Below, piece after piece: positions 60,601 to 64,000 of a stretch of DNA of 64,000 bases. Within the stretch, counting starts at the first letter, position 1; every line of letters starts with the position of its first letter. The position numbers and the translations under genes are program-made. Below the pieces are notes generated by a model. The model searched no databases. It was not told the DNA's origin and saw nothing but the letters and a program-made list of their open reading frames with translations. The stretch lies in contig OZ281496.1 in the NCBI GenBank assembly GCA_965637545.1, positions 18,476,001-18,540,000 on the forward strand, written 5' to 3'. This stretch comes from Phallusia mammillata (lineage: Eukaryota).

Positions 60601-62635
60601 CAAACATTTTTGCCACAAAACAATCTTTCCTTTTGTTTTAAATTTTGACCTTTTATCACCAGGACTATGATTGATTTGTTTATTTTTGTTTTTTTAATTC
60701 ACAGAATGAGAACGGTGTGGTGTCGGTATCTTACTTGATTTGGAGATTTCTTGCTCCATCATCTGCGGTAATTCAACGTGACCATCAAAACAAGCTTAAT
60801 GTGACTTGCCAGTTTGATTCACAACAACTACTTTCTTCATCCAATATCCAGCCACAAAGCGGGTAAAATAGTAGAATTACACCCCACATTCTCGAAAACA
60901 CATGACAAACAACGGCATGTAACATATGACACAAATTTCATCACACGTCATACACAATAAAAACACTAACAATGCCCTCTCTAACTCAATCACTGACATG
61001 TACTTTTTGAAATTTAACAACTTATTATAAAGCCACGTATATTCAGCAACCTGACAGAAAGCATATCAAACAACGCTGTACCAACACGTGCCATTACGTC
61101 GATGTTTTGAGATGTCCATTGCAGTTTTGTTGCCCCTTGATTGTGCAAACACGACTATTTAGAAACAAATACACTGTTTCAACAAATTGGACAGTTCAAC
61201 ACTTTGAAATATGTGATTTTTTCTTAAACATGTGAACAATTTGCAGATCCGCTGAATTTATGGCTAAAGATACCGGGACTTTGGATGTGTCTCTGAACCT
61301 CTTTAATAACGATCATTTCAACGAAAGCTTGTCCGGTGAAGTCACAGTGCCCAATTACATTTTTGCGGAAGTTCAACTTGGTGGGATTTCGGCTGACAAT
61401 AATGAATTCATTGTTCAGGTGGGTTTTGTAAATTTCATTCACTAATGCTTATGATAAAACATTATCAAAAACGTAATGTACATCATTTTGTTTGAGTGTA
61501 GCCTTTTCTAACCTTTCTTTATATGTCTTTGTAAATAGGTGTTTTTAATTCATGACGATGCAAATCTAAAGTTCTACCATTGTTAAACATTTCAACATCG
61601 TTTCGTTACAAAATAATTTGTGTATATGTAACTTATAACTTATTAAATTTCCGGACATACTTTGTGTGCAGCTTCAAAACTGTTGGGCGACACGGGTCGA
61701 AAACTCCAGTGGTTCGCCGAGTTACTCGATTGTACAAAGCGGGTAAGCAAATGAATTGTTGAGAATTGAATGATTTTTTAAGAAATGAAACAAAACAAAA
61801 AAGATAAATAGATTAAAGGCATAAATTTGACTCTGAAGTTCGCATAAATTGGAAAGAGGAAATGAATAAATATATTCAGAAAACAGAATATGCGAAACAT
61901 AACATCGTTGAAAATATTGGTAGCAAAACCTTGACGCTTGTTTAAACTTGAGTTTGAGACTTGTTTTTTAATTGATGATTTTCCTTCCAGACAATCGCTC
62001 TGTGCAACCGATTTTACCTATTTTAGGTGTGTTGCCCCGGCCAGCGGAAGTGAAAGTGCCGATGCAAAGATGTTGTTCCGAAATTATGAGTCCATCTTTG
62101 CACAATTTAAGCTAACGAGTTTTGTGTGGACAAACTTCAGTGATGCAGACCAATTTATCTACATTCACTGCGACGTGACTGTCTGTCAAAACTCAACTAA
62201 ACAATGTGTTGGACAGTGAAAGTGAATTAGCCAAAAACATTTTTATCATAACATATATAACCACACAGTTCGAGAGATGCAACACAAAATTGATTTGACA
62301 AAAAAGATGGTTTCGCAGTGACCAAAGTTTAATAACCTGCCTCATAAATAAAGTACAATTTGACAAAATTGTTTAAAACGTTTCTAAATTTTGTTGGGCT
62401 TGAGTTGACGTAGACTTTTTGATATATTCACGATCGTGCCAATGGAATATTCACCCAGGTTTCTAAAATATAAAACCTAAACAAACTCTATATTAATCTC
62501 TGGAGCCTTGAGTCCGCATGTTGGTTTGACTTACGCAGACGTGTCCAACAAAAAGACGACAATCTACTGAAAATGACAACAATGAACACATCCATCGCCT
62601 TTCTGCAGGACCAGTAAACATACAACAACGTAGTG
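57658..62635 (+). pseudogene. LDLa x4 - ZP domain - furin site gene, disrupted
   Basis: Phase 1-1 LDLa-type exons 57658-57762 (in-frame TGA 57729-57731), 58061-58186 (canonical CAADEFECLSGACIPQFYQCDGVWDCESGNDEVGC), 59442-59552, and 59735-59855 (121 nt, 5 nt short, frameshift). ZP exons 60159-60201, 60341-60506, 60705-60862, 61247-61418, 61672-61742, 62027-62216 (donor lacks GT), 62539-62635 (TKRR, RLSAGPV). Signal-peptide exon not found; candidate degenerate TM exon from 63484. Confidence 0.8.
60045..60117. repeat. Perfect inverted repeat: 33-bp arms, 7-nt spacer
   Basis: TGTCGTAAAAAGAAAAACTTAATCTGATTGATT - CTTTTGT - exact reverse complement. Confidence 0.95.
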
Positions 62636-63361
62636 GTAATATTATTCTACAAGGTAACAAAAAAAATAACCAAATTGTGTTTTATGATACATACTTACAA
62701 CGCTTGCATGACACCATATTAAAATATCATCACTTGACTAGGCTGGTTTTTTTAGTAACTTCATTTATATTTTGTAAATACACAGCGTCCATTCTCTTAC
62801 ATCGACCAGGGTAAATATAAATGTGCGTGGTTCTTAAAATCGCGCTTGCTTTCTGGCATCTTTTTTTTCAGAAATAAACCCTCAGTTCAGAAATAAACGC
62901 CCCGTGGGATTAATCAACTAAACTTAATGGCTTTCCTTTGATAACAGTCACCCAATTTTTTCAGAAAAAATGGACTATTGTGGATTATGGAATTTTCTAT
63001 TTTATGCCATTTTTGATTGAAGATGCTTTGATTTTTTGTAGCATGACGCTAAGCTTACTGTGATTTATATAAATGTATGCATGCATGAGTGTGTCGTTAT
63101 TGTGGGCATAAACCCTTGTTAAATGTTGTAGTAGACCAAACAACGATGGATTTACATTTAAAGTTGTGTAGCGCTATCGGTTATACGTAAAAATGTTAGG
63201 GTCCAAGCCGAAACGATTTAAATAAGCAACCTAAACTGTAAATATTATTAGAGTTGTTTCAGCTAACCAAAACATACACAACTGTTTATCACTAGTTATT
63301 ACTAGTTATATCTTTACAAATACGCTACAAATACGTTGTTGCGAAATTACACACTCACGTT

Positions 63362-63394
63362 CACACACACACGCACACACACACACACACACAC
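63362..63394. repeat. (CA)n microsatellite
   Basis: CA dinucleotide run with one CG interruption. Confidence 0.9.
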
Positions 63395-63624
63395 AATAGG
63401 TCCCCCAAAACTATCTGCACTTAAACAGCATCACTACGTATCGACACCACGTCTGCTAAAACTGCAATCAAGTAATTTCTTAGACTGCAGAACAAAAGTT
63501 CTACACCATGGCTAATTTTTGTCGACGTTGCCCAACTCTCGAAAAGCTTGCCTTATACGCTTAGCAGCCGCACTTTTATGCATGGCTGTCGGCTTTGTAG
63601 TATTTCCCGTCGATGGGCATAGTG

Positions 63625-63839
63625 CAGTGGTTCTCAAACTTTTTTTGTTGCGACGCTTGTTGCGAAAGTTTTCTGAACTTGCGACGCACCAGCAAATAAA
63701 AGTTAATGAGGAAACTTATTATTAAAGTTGTGTTTATTGATACAACACCAAAAGCCACAAAACAGAACTATTCTGCGACGCCCTTGGAAAATTGAAACGA
63801 CGCACCAAGGCGTCGCGACGCACAGTTTGAGAACTACTG
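63625..63839. mobile_element. hAT MITE, 215 bp
   Basis: TIR CAGTGGTTCTCAAACT / AGTTTGAGAACTACTG; perfect TSD GCATAGTG (63617-63624, 63840-63847); GCGACGC subterminal repeats. Confidence 0.94.
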
Positions 63840-64000
63840 GCATAGTGTTACAGGAAATAATTGAACGTCCTTTAACACTAAGCTACCAAACAGTAATTTC
63901 AGTCATCGAAGGACTAGAAAAAAAGGCAAAAAAATAAATTCTTTTCACTTCCTGTGAGAGAAAGGCTGGTACTACGATGAATACGTAATAGTCCATTAGA

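Noticed and set aside
63484-63870. Definite TM or terminal exon of the LDLa-ZP gene
   Set aside because: The hydrophobic pieces (PWLIFV; LAAALLCMAVGFVVF) are in different frames and a MITE interrupts the region; plausible but not supportable as a feature.

Overview
AT-rich, intron-rich eukaryotic DNA. The gene families and the 60-90 nt introns suggest an ascidian (tunicate); this is inference. Four host gene types can be built from GT-AG exons with consistent phases. (1) A tandem pair of signal peptide-CUB-CUB-ZP-(EGF)-TM genes on +: the first (1641-8952) is a pseudogene with several lesions, and the second (18969-30531, 14 exons, 634 aa) is intact. (2) A NACHT-LRR (NLR) gene on + (38867-43659, 876 aa) with no recognisable death-fold domain, but with a RHIM-like motif in its N-terminus. 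(3) A secreted Ly6/uPAR-like-Sushi-VWA gene on - (45674-48537) with a degenerate MIDAS and probable frameshifts. (4) A third ZP gene on + (from ~57658) with the same ZP intron phases but four LDLa-type exons where the others have CUBs; it is also damaged. Between and inside the genes are at least eight hAT non-autonomous elements (six with perfect or near-perfect 8-bp TSDs), two Harbinger-like TIR elements, and three copies of a tRNA-Leu-like SINE. There is also an inverted Penelope-like element with hammerhead-like pLTR motifs, a Bel/Pao remnant, a perfect 33-bp-arm hairpin and many short tandem duplications. No rRNA, true tRNA or CRISPR array is seen. All coordinates and translations were worked out by hand; no database search was run.
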